Virus record (IMG/VR): IMGVR_UViG_3300034160_000048
Span: 1 to 59,561 of that record
Direction: 5' to 3' (one strand)
Source of the DNA: a virus
Taxonomy: Duplodnaviria; Caudoviricetes
Length of the DNA stretch: 59,561 bases
In this document: in pieces, positions 25,997 to 36,170 of the stretch
How positions within the stretch are numbered: the first letter of the stretch is position 1
Layout: the number at the start of each line of letters is the position of its first letter
The notes under the pieces: model-generated
What the model was told of the DNA's origin: nothing
What the model saw: only the letters and a program-made list of their open reading frames with translations
The model's database searches: none
Made by a program: the position numbers and the translations under genes

Positions 25997-27507
25997 GACG
26001 TAACCCTTCCATCCGCCGGCTCAACATGTGCAATCGTCTGCCCCATCTGGTAATCGCCACCAACGGTGTTGGAATCGAACCGGAAACTCATGAGGCGGCG
26101 CACCGCCTTGAGGGGCACGGTTTCATTCTCCGGGCCCGTCGCGGTGTCCGGGATCGTAAACGCCTCGCTGCTCACCTCGGTCGAGCGCGCGTTGGGACGG
26201 CCCAACACAACTACTTGCAGGTCCCCGGACTGTACGAAGTCGGGCTCGAGCCGCGCCACCCGCAGCGACTTGTCAGCGCTTTCCTGTTGGGTGAGCATCG
26301 AGATCTCGGCGGTCTGGAACCACGACCGCACCGGCTGCGTGTCAGTGCCGGTGGCCTGATCGACTCCATTTTCGTGATCCCACATCGTATAACCGGAGGT
26401 GGTCAGCGTCGCGTCGATCATCAAGTCCAGGTCCGCGATGCCGTTGTGGACTCCGACCGTGCGGGTAGTCGGGAGTTCGGTATCGTACCAGATGTTTTCA
26501 CGAACGTTGTAAATGATGGCATGAGAGCATTCGGTGTTGGAGCCCCGGGGGTAACACCACCAGATCTCGCCCCACCGGGGGAACTTCATCGCAAACACTT
26601 TCTGGCGGTACGCCATGTTGATGTTGTCGAAGAAGTCGTTGAAGTTCATCTGGTTGTCGATCTCACGAACGATACCATTAAACATCAGGAACCGGTCGGT
26701 GCCGATCCAGTAATAGATCGAGTCGTGCTCGATGATGCATTGTGAGGACATCACGGAGCTGTTGGTGGAAACAGTGTCGAAGGCCCAGATCGCGGTGCCG
26801 CCTACGTAGTTGGCGCGCAGCAGGGAGTCGAGCGACCACAACAGGGCCGCTGCGCCCGAGCCGCCGCCCCGCATCGGGATACCCCTCACGATCTTCTGGC
26901 CAGTAATATAAGCGTCTCCGGACCCGGCATTGGTGAAATCCGCAGGCTTATTCGCGACCGACCACGCGACGTGCCCGTTACTCCCGAATTTTAGCAGATA
27001 CGGAGCCGCGACGCAAATCCCCCCACTTTCCTCGGCCACGGCGGTATCGGTCAGGACCGCCCCGGCGGTCGTGACCCCGTAGAAGATCTTCCCGGTGGTC
27101 GTGTTGTCGATATTGGTCAGGTTAGGTGGCCCGTGGGCGATCAGTCGGCTCGAAGCACTAACTGAATCATACATCACCTCAAATTGCCACAGGTTATCGG
27201 TCGAGGACACGATGGCGGCAGGGGTGCGGTCGGTAAGCGCCGACAGGGAGGTGCCCGATAGGGTGTACTGCGTGATCTTGTTCTCGCTGCCGGTATGGAC
27301 GTAAGTCATACCGTTGGCGGTCATACAATTGATGCCCCGGGCCAATTGGGGCACCTCATCCGTGATCGACCGGAAGCCGCCCATCTTGCGGGGCAGGCCC
27401 CGTTGAAACCGGCACCACTGAGAGTCGATGTAAAATTCGCCCTCGAACACCGTGCCGTCACGCTTGACGCCCGGGCCCGACCGGATCAGGATAGGCTTAG
27501 TTGCCAT
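25993..27507 (-). CDS. tail nozzle / tail tubular protein B (P22 gp10-like)
   Basis: 504-aa beta-rich ORF, RFQRGLPRKMGG N-terminus, EIWWCYP; podovirus position. Confidence 0.7.
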   Translation of the reverse strand: MATKPILIRSGPGVKRDGTVFEGEFYIDSQWCRFQRGLPRKMGGFRSITDEVPQLARGINCMTANGMTYVHTGSENKITQYTLSGTSLSALTDRTPAAIVSSTDNLWQFEVMYDSVSASSRLIAHGPPNLTNIDNTTTGKIFYGVTTAGAVLTDTAVAEESGGICVAAPYLLKFGSNGHVAWSVANKPADFTNAGSGDAYITGQKIVRGIPMRGGGSGAAALLWSLDSLLRANYVGGTAIWAFDTVSTNSSVMSSQCIIEHDSIYYWIGTDRFLMFNGIVREIDNQMNFNDFFDNINMAYRQKVFAMKFPRWGEIWWCYPRGSNTECSHAIIYNVRENIWYDTELPTTRTVGVHNGIADLDLMIDATLTTSGYTMWDHENGVDQATGTDTQPVRSWFQTAEISMLTQQESADKSLRVARLEPDFVQSGDLQVVVLGRPNARSTEVSSEAFTIPDTATGPENETVPLKAVRRLMSFRFDSNTVGGDYQMGQTIAHVEPADGRVTS

Positions 27508-27991
27508 CGGTCGGCTTCCCGTACTTCTTCATGTAGGCTTCCCACACGGCCCGCTGCTGCCGGAAGTGCGCAACTAGCGCGTCGGCGCGGTCGGCTTCGG
27601 AGTAGAGGTCTGGTCCAATATCTCGTCCAGCCTTTTGCGGAAGCTCCCCGGCGGGGGTAGGGGGGCCTTCAGGATCTCCGGCATTTCGGGGGGCGGCGGG
27701 CACCGGGTCGGCTGGGACGCACACCCGCACAATACGCACAGGCAGAGCGAGGCTAGCAATACGGAGATTTTCGAGTTCATTTGCGAGTCCTTTCTGGGCT
27801 TCAGCACTGGTTGACTTCTGAAATTCGTAGTCCGCGATCTTGTCGTTGTATTCCTTGGCCCTGTTCGCGAAGTCATTCTTGGCAGCCTCAAGGGCCCGCG
27901 AGTCCTCTCGCCAGCTCTGGACCGTGTAGAACAGCCCGCCGACGAGGGCCACAAAGGCTACGACCGCCGCGATTCGAAAGTACGTGATCAC
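27497..27991 (-). CDS. i-spanin (Rz-like)
   Basis: N-terminal TM helix plus coiled coil, downstream of endolysin/holin. Confidence 0.8.
   Translation of the reverse strand: MITYFRIAAVVAFVALVGGLFYTVQSWREDSRALEAAKNDFANRAKEYNDKIADYEFQKSTSAEAQKGLANELENLRIASLALPVRIVRVCVPADPVPAAPRNAGDPEGPPTPAGELPQKAGRDIGPDLYSEADRADALVAHFRQQRAVWEAYMKKYGKPTDGN
27574..27780 (-). CDS. o-spanin (Rz1-like lipoprotein) embedded in Rz
   Basis: MNSKISVLLASLCLCVLCGC lipobox followed by Pro-rich segment, alternate frame inside i-spanin, AAGGA RBS. Confidence 0.8.
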   Translation of the reverse strand: MNSKISVLLASLCLCVLCGCASQPTRCPPPPEMPEILKAPLPPPGSFRKRLDEILDQTSTPKPTAPTR

Positions 27992-28329
27992 TGCTCGACC
28001 TTACGGACCAGATTGGCGATCTTGTACATCATGGAGTCCGCCATGTAACCGATCGTGAGTGCGCCAAGATTGGCAACAGCGGTGGCGGTGGCCCCCGGGA
28101 GGGTCGCCATGTTGAGGCCAATCAGGGGCAGGAGCCCGGGGCCGACCACGTACAGGGCAGCGGTGGCGATCACAGAGAACCAGAACGCCGGAACGTTGCT
28201 ATAATAATAGTCCTTGAGGCTGGCCTTGTTCAGCCGCCACTGCTCGCCCCACGACGAGAGCCAGTGGGTAGCCCACCCGGCGAAGCACAGGAAAAGAGTG
28301 ACGTAGCTCCACGACAGTTCGTTAGTCAT
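27988..28329 (-). CDS. holin (three predicted TM helices)
   Basis: Hydrophobic segments, between endolysin and spanins. Confidence 0.65.
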   Translation of the reverse strand: MTNELSWSYVTLFLCFAGWATHWLSSWGEQWRLNKASLKDYYYSNVPAFWFSVIATAALYVVGPGLLPLIGLNMATLPGATATAVANLGALTIGYMADSMMYKIANLVRKVEQ

Positions 28330-28796
28330 TTGGTTGCCTCCAGAGCGGTTCGGATCAGACGGCGCATCCAGCCGCGCCCGTTACGTTTGAACGTCTTCGC
28401 CTCGACATACAGAAGCGCGCGCTCCGCCTGGAAAGCCACGAGGAAGGGCTGGGAGCTGGTAGACACCTTATCTAAAATGCTCAGGGCCGCCCCAACGCCC
28501 TGATTAACTGCACAATCGAAGAGACAAATAGCAGCACCATAGGGACGAACGTCAAGACGGATACGATCCCAATAATCACGCTTGTAAATTTCCTTAGCTT
28601 GGGCGAGAGTGAGGTTTCGGATGTCGAGGGTCGGGTACGATTTTGCGCTGATCCCATACTTGGTCCCCTTGAATTCGCCTTGCCCCACCCCGTCGACGAT
28701 ACCTCCCGTCCAGTTGCCGGGGTCGGTAGGGTCGTCCGAATAGACCCCCTCCGCCCCGACGACGTAATTAAAGGCCCTGTCAAAGTTGTCGCTCAT
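28326..28796 (-). CDS. endolysin, glycoside hydrolase family 108
   Basis: EGVYSDDPTDPGNWTGG...GTKYGISAKSYP...IYKRDYW...FDCAVNQG. Confidence 0.92.
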   Translation of the reverse strand: MSDNFDRAFNYVVGAEGVYSDDPTDPGNWTGGIVDGVGQGEFKGTKYGISAKSYPTLDIRNLTLAQAKEIYKRDYWDRIRLDVRPYGAAICLFDCAVNQGVGAALSILDKVSTSSQPFLVAFQAERALLYVEAKTFKRNGRGWMRRLIRTALEATK

Positions 28797-29047
28797 TAAT
28801 TGCCCTTGAACACGAAGGGCAGGGCCTTAAGAGCGAGAGTGGCTACGGCGGCCCCTATCGCACCTGCTGACATCAAGGCGCGGACTCCGCCCTTGGTTGT
28901 GGCCAACAGCAGCTTGATATCCGCTACGTCCTTCTTGACATCACGGAAGTCTTCTTTCAAATCCTGTACATCGGACTTGATGCTTTCTATCGCCGCATCA
29001 TGAACGCCCAACGTGTACCTCCCAGAATCTCCTGTGTCTGTCATCAT
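28796..29047 (-). CDS. small coiled-coil plus C-terminal TM protein (holin/antiholin-like)
   Basis: Heptad region then hydrophobic helix, directly upstream of endolysin. Confidence 0.6.
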   Translation of the reverse strand: MMTDTGDSGRYTLGVHDAAIESIKSDVQDLKEDFRDVKKDVADIKLLLATTKGGVRALMSAGAIGAAVATLALKALPFVFKGN

Positions 29048-29052
29048 CTCTC

Positions 29053-30030
29053 CTACCGAATAACATTGCGAGTACGGTCCGTCGCGATGTTATACTTCGC
29101 GAACAATCCGGGGCCGAACTCGTCGTCCTCGGATATGAAGTTCGTGGTACCGTTGATAGCAATGGCACCCTTGGGGATTGTTGAGTCGAGTTTGTCGGGG
29201 ATTCGCTCGTAGTAGTTACGGCGCGACACAACAAGACCGGCGGAGGCGGAGTAGATGCCGCAAGAGCGGGCACCCAGCACCTCAGAATCCTCGACGACCA
29301 ACGTGGGCCACACCGGCCCACTTACGGGCTCGTTGTAGGCCAAGAAGGCATAAGCCCCGGCATCCCACCCGACCAGCGGGCTCATGCCGACGTTGCGCGC
29401 AGTCGTCCTGCGCACCACTCCATTGCAGCCCGACCACACAGACACCATCTGCTTAGCGTGGGTAAGCTCCCCATCGCTGTCCTCGACGGTCAAGCGACCC
29501 GAGCCATACAGGGAGAAGATAGTGCTGACATATTGCGTGAGCCCTTCACCCTGCGGACCGCACAAGTTTCCCTCGCGCGTGATCACTTGGCAGAACCTCG
29601 CGTAGACATCGCCGTCGTTGGCGTTGACCCAGTACGAGGCGCAGAAATCATCGAGGGTAACCCTCTCGAGCAGAGCGTCGCCCCGCCCCGTGAGTGCCAT
29701 GCCGGTAGCGTAAGGGATACCGTTAGCGTTGGCACCAAGAAGGGTCAGGTCGGACAGGGTGATGGGCCCGTCGTAGCGAATGAGGTTGGCCAGCGGGTCC
29801 TGCAGCACAAGGAACGTCTTCCCCCGCCCCGCGCCCCGGATGGTCGTGCCGGGGGCCGCATAGTCATTCTTTAAGTACCACGTGCCCTCGGGCAGCGTGA
29901 TCGTGCCGCCGGCCCGCATGACTTCCACAAGCTTAGGCAGTGGGTTGGGCAAAACCGTGGGGCGCGCGTTGTCACAGGCAGCAACCACCACAGAAGCACC
30001 GACGAGAGCAAGGGCAACACGACGACGCAT
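29053..30030 (-). CDS. putative lipoprotein with pectin-lyase-like beta-helix
   Basis: MRRRVALALVGASVVVAAC signal/lipobox; GGTITLPEGTW, TIRGAGRGKT beta-helix entry motifs; TGATG coupling at 30030. Confidence 0.65.
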   Translation of the reverse strand: MRRRVALALVGASVVVAACDNARPTVLPNPLPKLVEVMRAGGTITLPEGTWYLKNDYAAPGTTIRGAGRGKTFLVLQDPLANLIRYDGPITLSDLTLLGANANGIPYATGMALTGRGDALLERVTLDDFCASYWVNANDGDVYARFCQVITREGNLCGPQGEGLTQYVSTIFSLYGSGRLTVEDSDGELTHAKQMVSVWSGCNGVVRRTTARNVGMSPLVGWDAGAYAFLAYNEPVSGPVWPTLVVEDSEVLGARSCGIYSASAGLVVSRRNYYERIPDKLDSTIPKGAIAINGTTNFISEDDEFGPGLFAKYNIATDRTRNVIR

Positions 30031-30839
30031 CAGCCAGTCCTCGTGCCATAGCGATTGCCGGCGGCAATCCAGGTAACGTTGCTGTCGCCCTGAACACAAA
30101 TGCCGGCTGACCCGCCAGTCCCACCCGAGCCCGTCTGGCCCCACACACCATTTTGTCCAGTGTCGCCCGCCGTGCCCAAGCCGCCACCGTTCCCGCCGCT
30201 GCCGGCTTGGCAAACTCCAGGGGAGGCGTTTCCGCCCGCCCCGCCATTACCGTTAGCAGTAGCAGAACCCGCCACACCTTGGGTTCCGTTGGCCAAAGTT
30301 CCAGAGCCGCTGCACGAGCCGCCCGTGCCAAAAGTGCTATTATACCCCGCGCCACCGCCGCCGCCACCGCCACCGGATGCAAGAGGGCCCGTCGCCCACC
30401 GGGAGCCACCGCCGCCACCGCCACCGCCACCGCCACCGCCAATGGTGCCACTACCATTGTTAATTGAAGTAGCGCGTTGGATCAGCATGGCGGGCCCGCC
30501 GGAAGAACCGTTTCCTCCCGACCCCGACAATATTGCTCCTGAGTCAACATTCTGGCCATTGGCCCCGTCACCAGCCTTACCAACAATGCTGCCATTGTTA
30601 ATAATAGTAACGGTGTCGGCAGCGTTGAACGAGCTAGAGACGGTGAAGGCATAGGCCCCAGACGAGGTAGCCCCTACTACGATTCCCGCGTTGATGGTGA
30701 CCGTAATATCCGACTTGCCAGCTACATATGTCCCGCCCTTGTTGGCATAAACATCATATTCCGTAGTGCCGGCGGAAATAGTCAGAGCGATGGCGATACG
30801 GTCGGTGCCGGCGCTCTGGCGCATGCGGTTAGCCAACAT
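30030..30839 (-). CDS. glycine-rich tail adhesin (gp38-like polyglycine tip)
   Basis: IINNGSIVGKAGDG, INNGSGTIGGGGGGG, several poly-Gly runs. Confidence 0.75.
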   Translation of the reverse strand: MLANRMRQSAGTDRIAIALTISAGTTEYDVYANKGGTYVAGKSDITVTINAGIVVGATSSGAYAFTVSSSFNAADTVTIINNGSIVGKAGDGANGQNVDSGAILSGSGGNGSSGGPAMLIQRATSINNGSGTIGGGGGGGGGGGGSRWATGPLASGGGGGGGGAGYNSTFGTGGSCSGSGTLANGTQGVAGSATANGNGGAGGNASPGVCQAGSGGNGGGLGTAGDTGQNGVWGQTGSGGTGGSAGICVQGDSNVTWIAAGNRYGTRTG

Positions 30840-32365
30840 CAGAAGTTCTTCCCTGACGTGAAGCCGTACCAATTGGTACCGGCATCGACCGTCATGAAGC
30901 TGAAGATGTCCTTCTTACCGTTGGTACTAGTGAGCGTCGGAGTCGTACCGCCCGCCCACTTGACCGCGCCGGGCCAAGCCACCGTGCGCCCGGTGCCATC
31001 GGCAGTAAAGATCAAGGTGAAGCTGCAAGCTTTACCGGTCGGGGAGGGGTTATTAAAGTTGAGCGTCGTGATGTTGGCGTTGAGGGCCACTTCAAAAACG
31101 TTACCGTTCGTCAGGTCGAGAGTCAGGACGCCAGCAGCAATCGTGGGCGCTGTCTTCGTTTCGCTGTAGTCCTTCAGCTCGGGGCGCTGCACAACATAAT
31201 CGGCGTGGTTCACATCGCCGGACATCGTGCCACCCGCGAAGGGCAGGTACTTGGCATCCGCGCCAAGATTGGTAAGCGCCCCGGGCGCAGTCGAGGACCC
31301 CGTGCCGCCGAGCGACACCGCCACCGGGTAAGTGGCCGCCGAGGTGTCAGCCGCCTTGACGTCGGTACCGTCGCAGTACAGAATGGCCCGCTGGCTCTGC
31401 GTGACCTCGATGCCGGGGGCCGCCTGTGCCACCGTCTTCAAGTACAGCGAGAATGCGCCCGTGGTGCTGTTGTCAACCCAGTACTCGTTAAGGGTAGCGG
31501 GCACGATAATCGTGCGGGTGCCGGTCAGAATGCCGGTGAACTTGTAGGAAATCCGGCTGAGTTCGGCACCCGCCAGCGTGTAGTTACCAGTACCGGCGAC
31601 CGCAATGGCGAGGTAGTCGAAAGAGCTGGACGACGCCGTCAGGCCATAGCCGATGGTAAAGTAGTTAGTGCCATCCGAAGCCACAATAGCAGAACTGGTC
31701 GTAGCCATGTTCTTGGTGGCCGACCCGTCGATAGTGCCCGAAGGTGGCACAACGCTGAGGGTGCCAGTACCGCCGTTGCGAATCACAATAAACCAGTCGG
31801 AGCCCACGGTAGCAGCGGACGGCAGGTTGAAGGTGCCCGCGCCGCCGGTCCAGACGATAAGCTTGCCGCGATCCGCATCAACAAACGTCGAGGGGGTCGT
31901 TGAGGTCGACGTTACCGGCATGCTCTGGTTGAGCGTCGTCGAGATAGCCTTGATGCCATACCCAGCAAGCGCTGCGGCGTTGGCGGTCGAGGTACCCGCG
32001 CCATATTGGAAGGTCTTCCAAGTGCCGGCTGCAGTGCTGTTGTCCGACAGGTACAGCTGCCATGCCGTACCGTTGGTCAGTGATACTAACACGGTGCCGG
32101 TGCTATTCTTGATGCTGACCGTATTCGAGCCGACGTTGTTGAAAAGGGCGGTAAAGCCGGTGGACACCTGCCGAGCATCCGGCAGGGTGATCGAAAGGCT
32201 GCCAGCCGAAGCGTTGACCTCGATGATGTCCGCTACGACGTTACCGCTAACTTGCTGCTCGATGGGCCACACCAGAGTCTGGTCTGTGGACATCGCGAGG
32301 GATAAGAAAGTCTGCTTCGACGGGTAGATCGTCGTGCTGCCGAAAACCTGGGTATAGCCGGTCAT
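30839..32365 (-). CDS. tail fibre protein
   Basis: ITLP/FNLPSAA repeats, VAVSLGGTG, C-terminal WPGAVKWAGGTTPTL...DIFSF domain. Confidence 0.8.
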   Translation of the reverse strand: MTGYTQVFGSTTIYPSKQTFLSLAMSTDQTLVWPIEQQVSGNVVADIIEVNASAGSLSITLPDARQVSTGFTALFNNVGSNTVSIKNSTGTVLVSLTNGTAWQLYLSDNSTAAGTWKTFQYGAGTSTANAAALAGYGIKAISTTLNQSMPVTSTSTTPSTFVDADRGKLIVWTGGAGTFNLPSAATVGSDWFIVIRNGGTGTLSVVPPSGTIDGSATKNMATTSSAIVASDGTNYFTIGYGLTASSSSFDYLAIAVAGTGNYTLAGAELSRISYKFTGILTGTRTIIVPATLNEYWVDNSTTGAFSLYLKTVAQAAPGIEVTQSQRAILYCDGTDVKAADTSAATYPVAVSLGGTGSSTAPGALTNLGADAKYLPFAGGTMSGDVNHADYVVQRPELKDYSETKTAPTIAAGVLTLDLTNGNVFEVALNANITTLNFNNPSPTGKACSFTLIFTADGTGRTVAWPGAVKWAGGTTPTLTSTNGKKDIFSFMTVDAGTNWYGFTSGKNF

Positions 32366-32368
32366 GTC

Positions 32369-33007
32369 TTATGCCCCCTGCCGAGTGGAACTGCGGTCGA
32401 CCATCTTCTTGATGTCCTCGGTGTTGGCGGAAGCTACGGCTTCTTGGTATAGATTTTGCCACACCCCCATCCGGCTGTCATCCTTAAGGAAGGGCGAAGC
32501 TTCGAGCAGGGTGCGGTACAGGAGGGCCTGCGGCAGATAGTCAGTGAGCCAGTTGGTCTGGTTCGTCGTGTCGAGGAACGGCGGCTGCTCGTAGTACATG
32601 ACCTCGAAATGGTACACCGCGTCCGGGGTCGGCGCGATTAGCCAGTAATCGTAGTTGTAGTCCGCGTAAAACTGCGGAGTGCCGGTGAGCGACGAGTCGG
32701 GCCAGAACGACCGGCAATACTCGTACGAACGGGCAAACAGCGGCAAACGGTAGTTGGTCGTCGCAAAGTTGATGCTGATCGTCTGCCGCCAACGGTCCGG
32801 CTTCTGGTACACCGAGGTGCCCGACGCAAAGTCGGCGGTAACAGTATTAATGAAGCCCTGGATCTTGAGAGCCTTCGCAATCGAGCGCTCCGCAAGGTTA
32901 ATAAGCCTCGGGATCTGGTCGTACACTGTGGTGTCGACCGCAGCACCACGCTCCAGATACGCGACGACGTCGGATTGAAGGGAGGTAAAGGTGGTTGCTG
33001 TGGGCAT
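32369..33007 (-). CDS. head-tail adaptor / tail tubular protein A-like
   Basis: QIPRLINLAE, GTPQFYA, APTPDAVY, NWL...P.ALLY pattern. Confidence 0.75.
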   Translation of the reverse strand: MPTATTFTSLQSDVVAYLERGAAVDTTVYDQIPRLINLAERSIAKALKIQGFINTVTADFASGTSVYQKPDRWRQTISINFATTNYRLPLFARSYEYCRSFWPDSSLTGTPQFYADYNYDYWLIAPTPDAVYHFEVMYYEQPPFLDTTNQTNWLTDYLPQALLYRTLLEASPFLKDDSRMGVWQNLYQEAVASANTEDIKKMVDRSSTRQGA

Positions 33008-33008
33008 C

Positions 33009-33236
33009 TTATACCTCTACCGATTCGTCGGGACGGACGAAGGGAAGGTGAATGTTGTCAGCACGACGGACGGGCAGGCGATATGGGTCGTACAGGTCGG
33101 AGTCGTCCTTGCAGACACGGAGCCCGGGCAAATTACCGTCTGGGATAAGCTGAGCCAGCGGGAACTTGCGACGGCAACGGTCGCAAATGCCAATGCCTAA
33201 GGTAGGCTCGCCGGTCGTGTCGAGGAAGATACTCAT
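33009..33236 (-). CDS. small Zn-ribbon protein
   Basis: ICDRC...LRVC...D..DP...VRPD; ATGA coupling. Confidence 0.7.
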   Translation of the reverse strand: MSIFLDTTGEPTLGIGICDRCRRKFPLAQLIPDGNLPGLRVCKDDSDLYDPYRLPVRRADNIHLPFVRPDESVEV

Positions 33237-34291
33237 CGCGTGTACATCGAAATGTTGGGGCTGAGCATCGTCGGGGACTTGTCGCGCTCTTCCGCCCAAG
33301 CTTCTGCGAGGGCTTCCTTAGCATCGGCACGGATGCTGGGAAGCAAGTCGGCATTAGCCTCCGGGGTGACGCGGATAAGATCGGCAGCGAGCCCCAGCAC
33401 CACGGCGCGATACCAGCGCTGCGGAATCTCGAGCGACTGACCCAGCGTACCTACGTCCATGATGTGGCGGTGCGTCAGGACGATCAATTGCTTGAAAGTC
33501 GAGGAGCTGTCAGGCGCGGGCCAGATGTTGAGGTTGATGACGTTGTACTGACGGTCGAGCCAGTATTGAACGGGCGATCCCTGCAAGGTCTTGTTGGGCA
33601 GGTAAAAATAGTCGTCCTTGTTCAGACGCGCAATCGGGATCTCCGTTGGATTATACCCAATCACGAACTCGCGGACGCTAAGCGTGGTCGCAGCCCCCGC
33701 CTGGATTTTCCAGTACACTGCGGAGGGCAAGGAAGCGACGTCAACCCAAAACCACTCCGAATCCACGGCCGCCAGAGTAGTGTTGGCATACGCGGTCGTG
33801 TAAGTGATATCGTCGTCCGAGTACTGGATTGCGATGTCCCAAGTACCGGTCGCTCCGGGGAGGATACCAAACGACGTTGGCTGGACGCCATCGACAAAGA
33901 CCCCCTTAATGTAGCCCGCTACACCGCTGTTGGTCGTGGCGGTCGACAAGTCACCATCGAAAGCGTAGTCAGCGTCGTTACCCGACGAGAACGTGTAGAC
34001 ACCACTAGCCCGCTGCAACGTACGAATGTTGGCGTTGAGGACATCAACCGCGCCGACATCACACGGGATGACCGGGTTGCCCTGATACAACGGCAGGATG
34101 TCCCGGGTCTGGCACCACAGCGGGGCACCCTTGTTGGCCAGCGACGACAGGAGCAAGTACAACTTGTCCTTCGCTACGTCGATCATCTCCGCCCCGAGCG
34201 ACTGCGGGGGCATCCGGCACTCACGATAAGCGTGATCAATCACCTTCATCGTGTTGAAAGCGGTCGCCCCAACTGTGCCCGAGACAGCCAC
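33233..34291 (-). CDS. head-tail connector protein with inserted beta-sandwich (discoidin-like) domain
   Basis: MAVSGT..F, LPNKT.QG.PVQYW.DRQ, IWPAPD, PQRWY..V..GLA; YAFDGD insert. Confidence 0.7.
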   Translation of the reverse strand: MAVSGTVGATAFNTMKVIDHAYRECRMPPQSLGAEMIDVAKDKLYLLLSSLANKGAPLWCQTRDILPLYQGNPVIPCDVGAVDVLNANIRTLQRASGVYTFSSGNDADYAFDGDLSTATTNSGVAGYIKGVFVDGVQPTSFGILPGATGTWDIAIQYSDDDITYTTAYANTTLAAVDSEWFWVDVASLPSAVYWKIQAGAATTLSVREFVIGYNPTEIPIARLNKDDYFYLPNKTLQGSPVQYWLDRQYNVINLNIWPAPDSSSTFKQLIVLTHRHIMDVGTLGQSLEIPQRWYRAVVLGLAADLIRVTPEANADLLPSIRADAKEALAEAWAEERDKSPTMLSPNISMYTR

Positions 34292-34648
34292 TTAGCAGTC
34301 CTTCTTGCCAAACATCGGAGCCTTGCTGAAGGCCCGGCCGCCCTTTTTCATCGTGGTGCTGGCCATCATCGGAAGGTTGGGACCACGGCGGGGAGCCATC
34401 CGAGCCATGGCAGCCAGCGGCGAAGCCGCAGCCGCGTTTGGCATCGCCGGGGGCGGCATCGAGTCCACAATCTGGTCAACAACCCTCTTGAGGGGGACCC
34501 GGGGACGGCGGGCCATACCCCCCGCGCCCTTCTTGATAGGCAACCCCCGGGTATGCGCCGTCACGCTCGTGACCTTGCCGGTACTGCCGGTAAAGCCAAA
34601 CTCAGGCGGAAAAGTGTGGCTGGGACGAGCGTGGTAGGGTTTCTTCAT
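34292..34648 (-). CDS. small basic Pro/Met-rich protein (MKKGG motif)
   Basis: 118-aa ORF coupled to neighbours. Confidence 0.6.
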   Translation of the reverse strand: MKKPYHARPSHTFPPEFGFTGSTGKVTSVTAHTRGLPIKKGAGGMARRPRVPLKRVVDQIVDSMPPPAMPNAAAASPLAAMARMAPRRGPNLPMMASTTMKKGGRAFSKAPMFGKKDC

Positions 34649-35163
34649 GCCGGAGCCCTCTTGATTAATGCCGCGTGAATGTCCTGCGTCACATTCATGT
34701 AGTGAGTGGAGGCGAACACCTGCGCATCGTAAGCCCGCTGCGCCCAGCCGCCGCCGATGGTGCCCGTGACCTGATGGTCAAAGTCACACTTCAGGGCGTA
34801 ATGGCCGTGCGTCAGCTTGTTAACCTCGCGCCAAGCCTTGTTGAAGTACCAGAACGAGTCGGCGCACACCGGGGGAAACACGTGCGTGAAGTCCTGGACA
34901 GCACGAGAGGAATTATAGGCGGGGACGATAAACGTGGCCTTCGCCCCGACCGCCATCACGCGGTAGACCTCGTCCATGAACTTTCCGCGCTCGAGCCCCG
35001 GGATGTGCTCCAGCACGTGGGAGCAATGCAGCTCCTCTACCTCGCCATCCTTGATAGGCCACGGAAAAACCATGAGGTCGTGAACGATGTCCGAGCCTTC
35101 AAACAGGTCCATCCCCGTGAAGCCCTCGCGCTTGTTCTGGCCAGCACCTACGTCGAGCTTCAT
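34645..35163 (-). CDS. class I SAM-dependent methyltransferase
   Basis: KLDVGAG, HDL..FPWP, SHVLEHI, DE.YRVM..G. Confidence 0.88.
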   Translation of the reverse strand: MKLDVGAGQNKREGFTGMDLFEGSDIVHDLMVFPWPIKDGEVEELHCSHVLEHIPGLERGKFMDEVYRVMAVGAKATFIVPAYNSSRAVQDFTHVFPPVCADSFWYFNKAWREVNKLTHGHYALKCDFDHQVTGTIGGGWAQRAYDAQVFASTHYMNVTQDIHAALIKRAPA

Positions 35164-36170
35164 GACACCAACCTCAGTTCACGATTCAGCAGCCAATGGG
35201 GGTTCCCGAGCGTCCATTTTACCACGGAGGCGATATCGTCTTCAATGGTAGCGCCATGAGTGTACCCCATCTTCTTCAACTTCTCTCCCGACAGCGCGTA
35301 GCGCAGATCGTGCCCGGGCCGCGACGAGTGGAAGTCGACCATTTCATAGAACAGGGGCTTACCGACGCTGGCGGCAATCAACTGCGCCAGCTGAAGGTTG
35401 TCAAGCTCGCGCTCGCCCACAACGTTGTATTTCTCCCCGAACCGCCCGTGTTCCATCACGAACGTGACCGCCTCGGCTACCCGCCGCGCGTGGATGTAGA
35501 ACCGGGAGCCCGCCTTGGTCTTCGAGGCGTTGGCGTGGATCGTGACGACGTCACCCCGGTTGACCTTGTCGATGGTCATCGGTACGAACTTCTCAGGATG
35601 CTGGCGCTCCCCGATTACGTTCATCGTGTGCGTAATCATGATCGGCATCTTGTAAGTGTTGGCGAAGGCCACCGCGAGTTCCTCGCCACCTGCCTTGGCG
35701 GCAGCGTAGGGGTTGCCGCTGTTGTAGCGCGCGTTCTCGTCGTACGCGACGCCTTCGGGGGCAGGGCCGAACACCTCGTCGGTCGAGAAGTACAGGAACT
35801 TGCCGCACCCGACATGGCGGGCATAATTAAGCAAGTTGCAGGACGCCACGACGTTTTCCTGGACTGCGAGCATCGGGTCCTCGATGCTGCGGTCGACATG
35901 GGTGAGCGCCGCAAGATGGTAAATCTCGTCGAACTCCCCAAGCTGGGCCGCGAGCTGCCCATTGATCTCGGCGCGCAGGTCGTGAAAGATCACCTTGATG
36001 CGGTTGTTGACCGGAAGGACGTCCATGACTTCGTGCAGCCGGTTAAGGTTGCCTGAGGTATCCAGACGGTCGATCAGCGTCAGGTGGCTGTCGGTCGTGC
36101 GCAGCAGGTGGTCGACAAGGTGGTGCCCGATAAATCCTGCACCGCCGGTAATTAGAACTCTCTTCTTCAT
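35160..36170 (-). CDS. rmlB: NDP-sugar 4,6-dehydratase (dTDP-glucose 4,6-dehydratase, RmlB-like)
   Basis: ITGGAGFIG, HLAALTHVDRSI, STDEVFG, YAAAK, QHPEKFVP, RPGHDLRY. Confidence 0.9.
   Translation of the reverse strand: MKKRVLITGGAGFIGHHLVDHLLRTTDSHLTLIDRLDTSGNLNRLHEVMDVLPVNNRIKVIFHDLRAEINGQLAAQLGEFDEIYHLAALTHVDRSIEDPMLAVQENVVASCNLLNYARHVGCGKFLYFSTDEVFGPAPEGVAYDENARYNSGNPYAAAKAGGEELAVAFANTYKMPIMITHTMNVIGERQHPEKFVPMTIDKVNRGDVVTIHANASKTKAGSRFYIHARRVAEAVTFVMEHGRFGEKYNVVGERELDNLQLAQLIAASVGKPLFYEMVDFHSSRPGHDLRYALSGEKLKKMGYTHGATIEDDIASVVKWTLGNPHWLLNRELRLVS

Noticed and set aside
30350-30440. CCGCCA microsatellite-like tract
   Set aside because: It simply encodes the poly-glycine runs of the adhesin.
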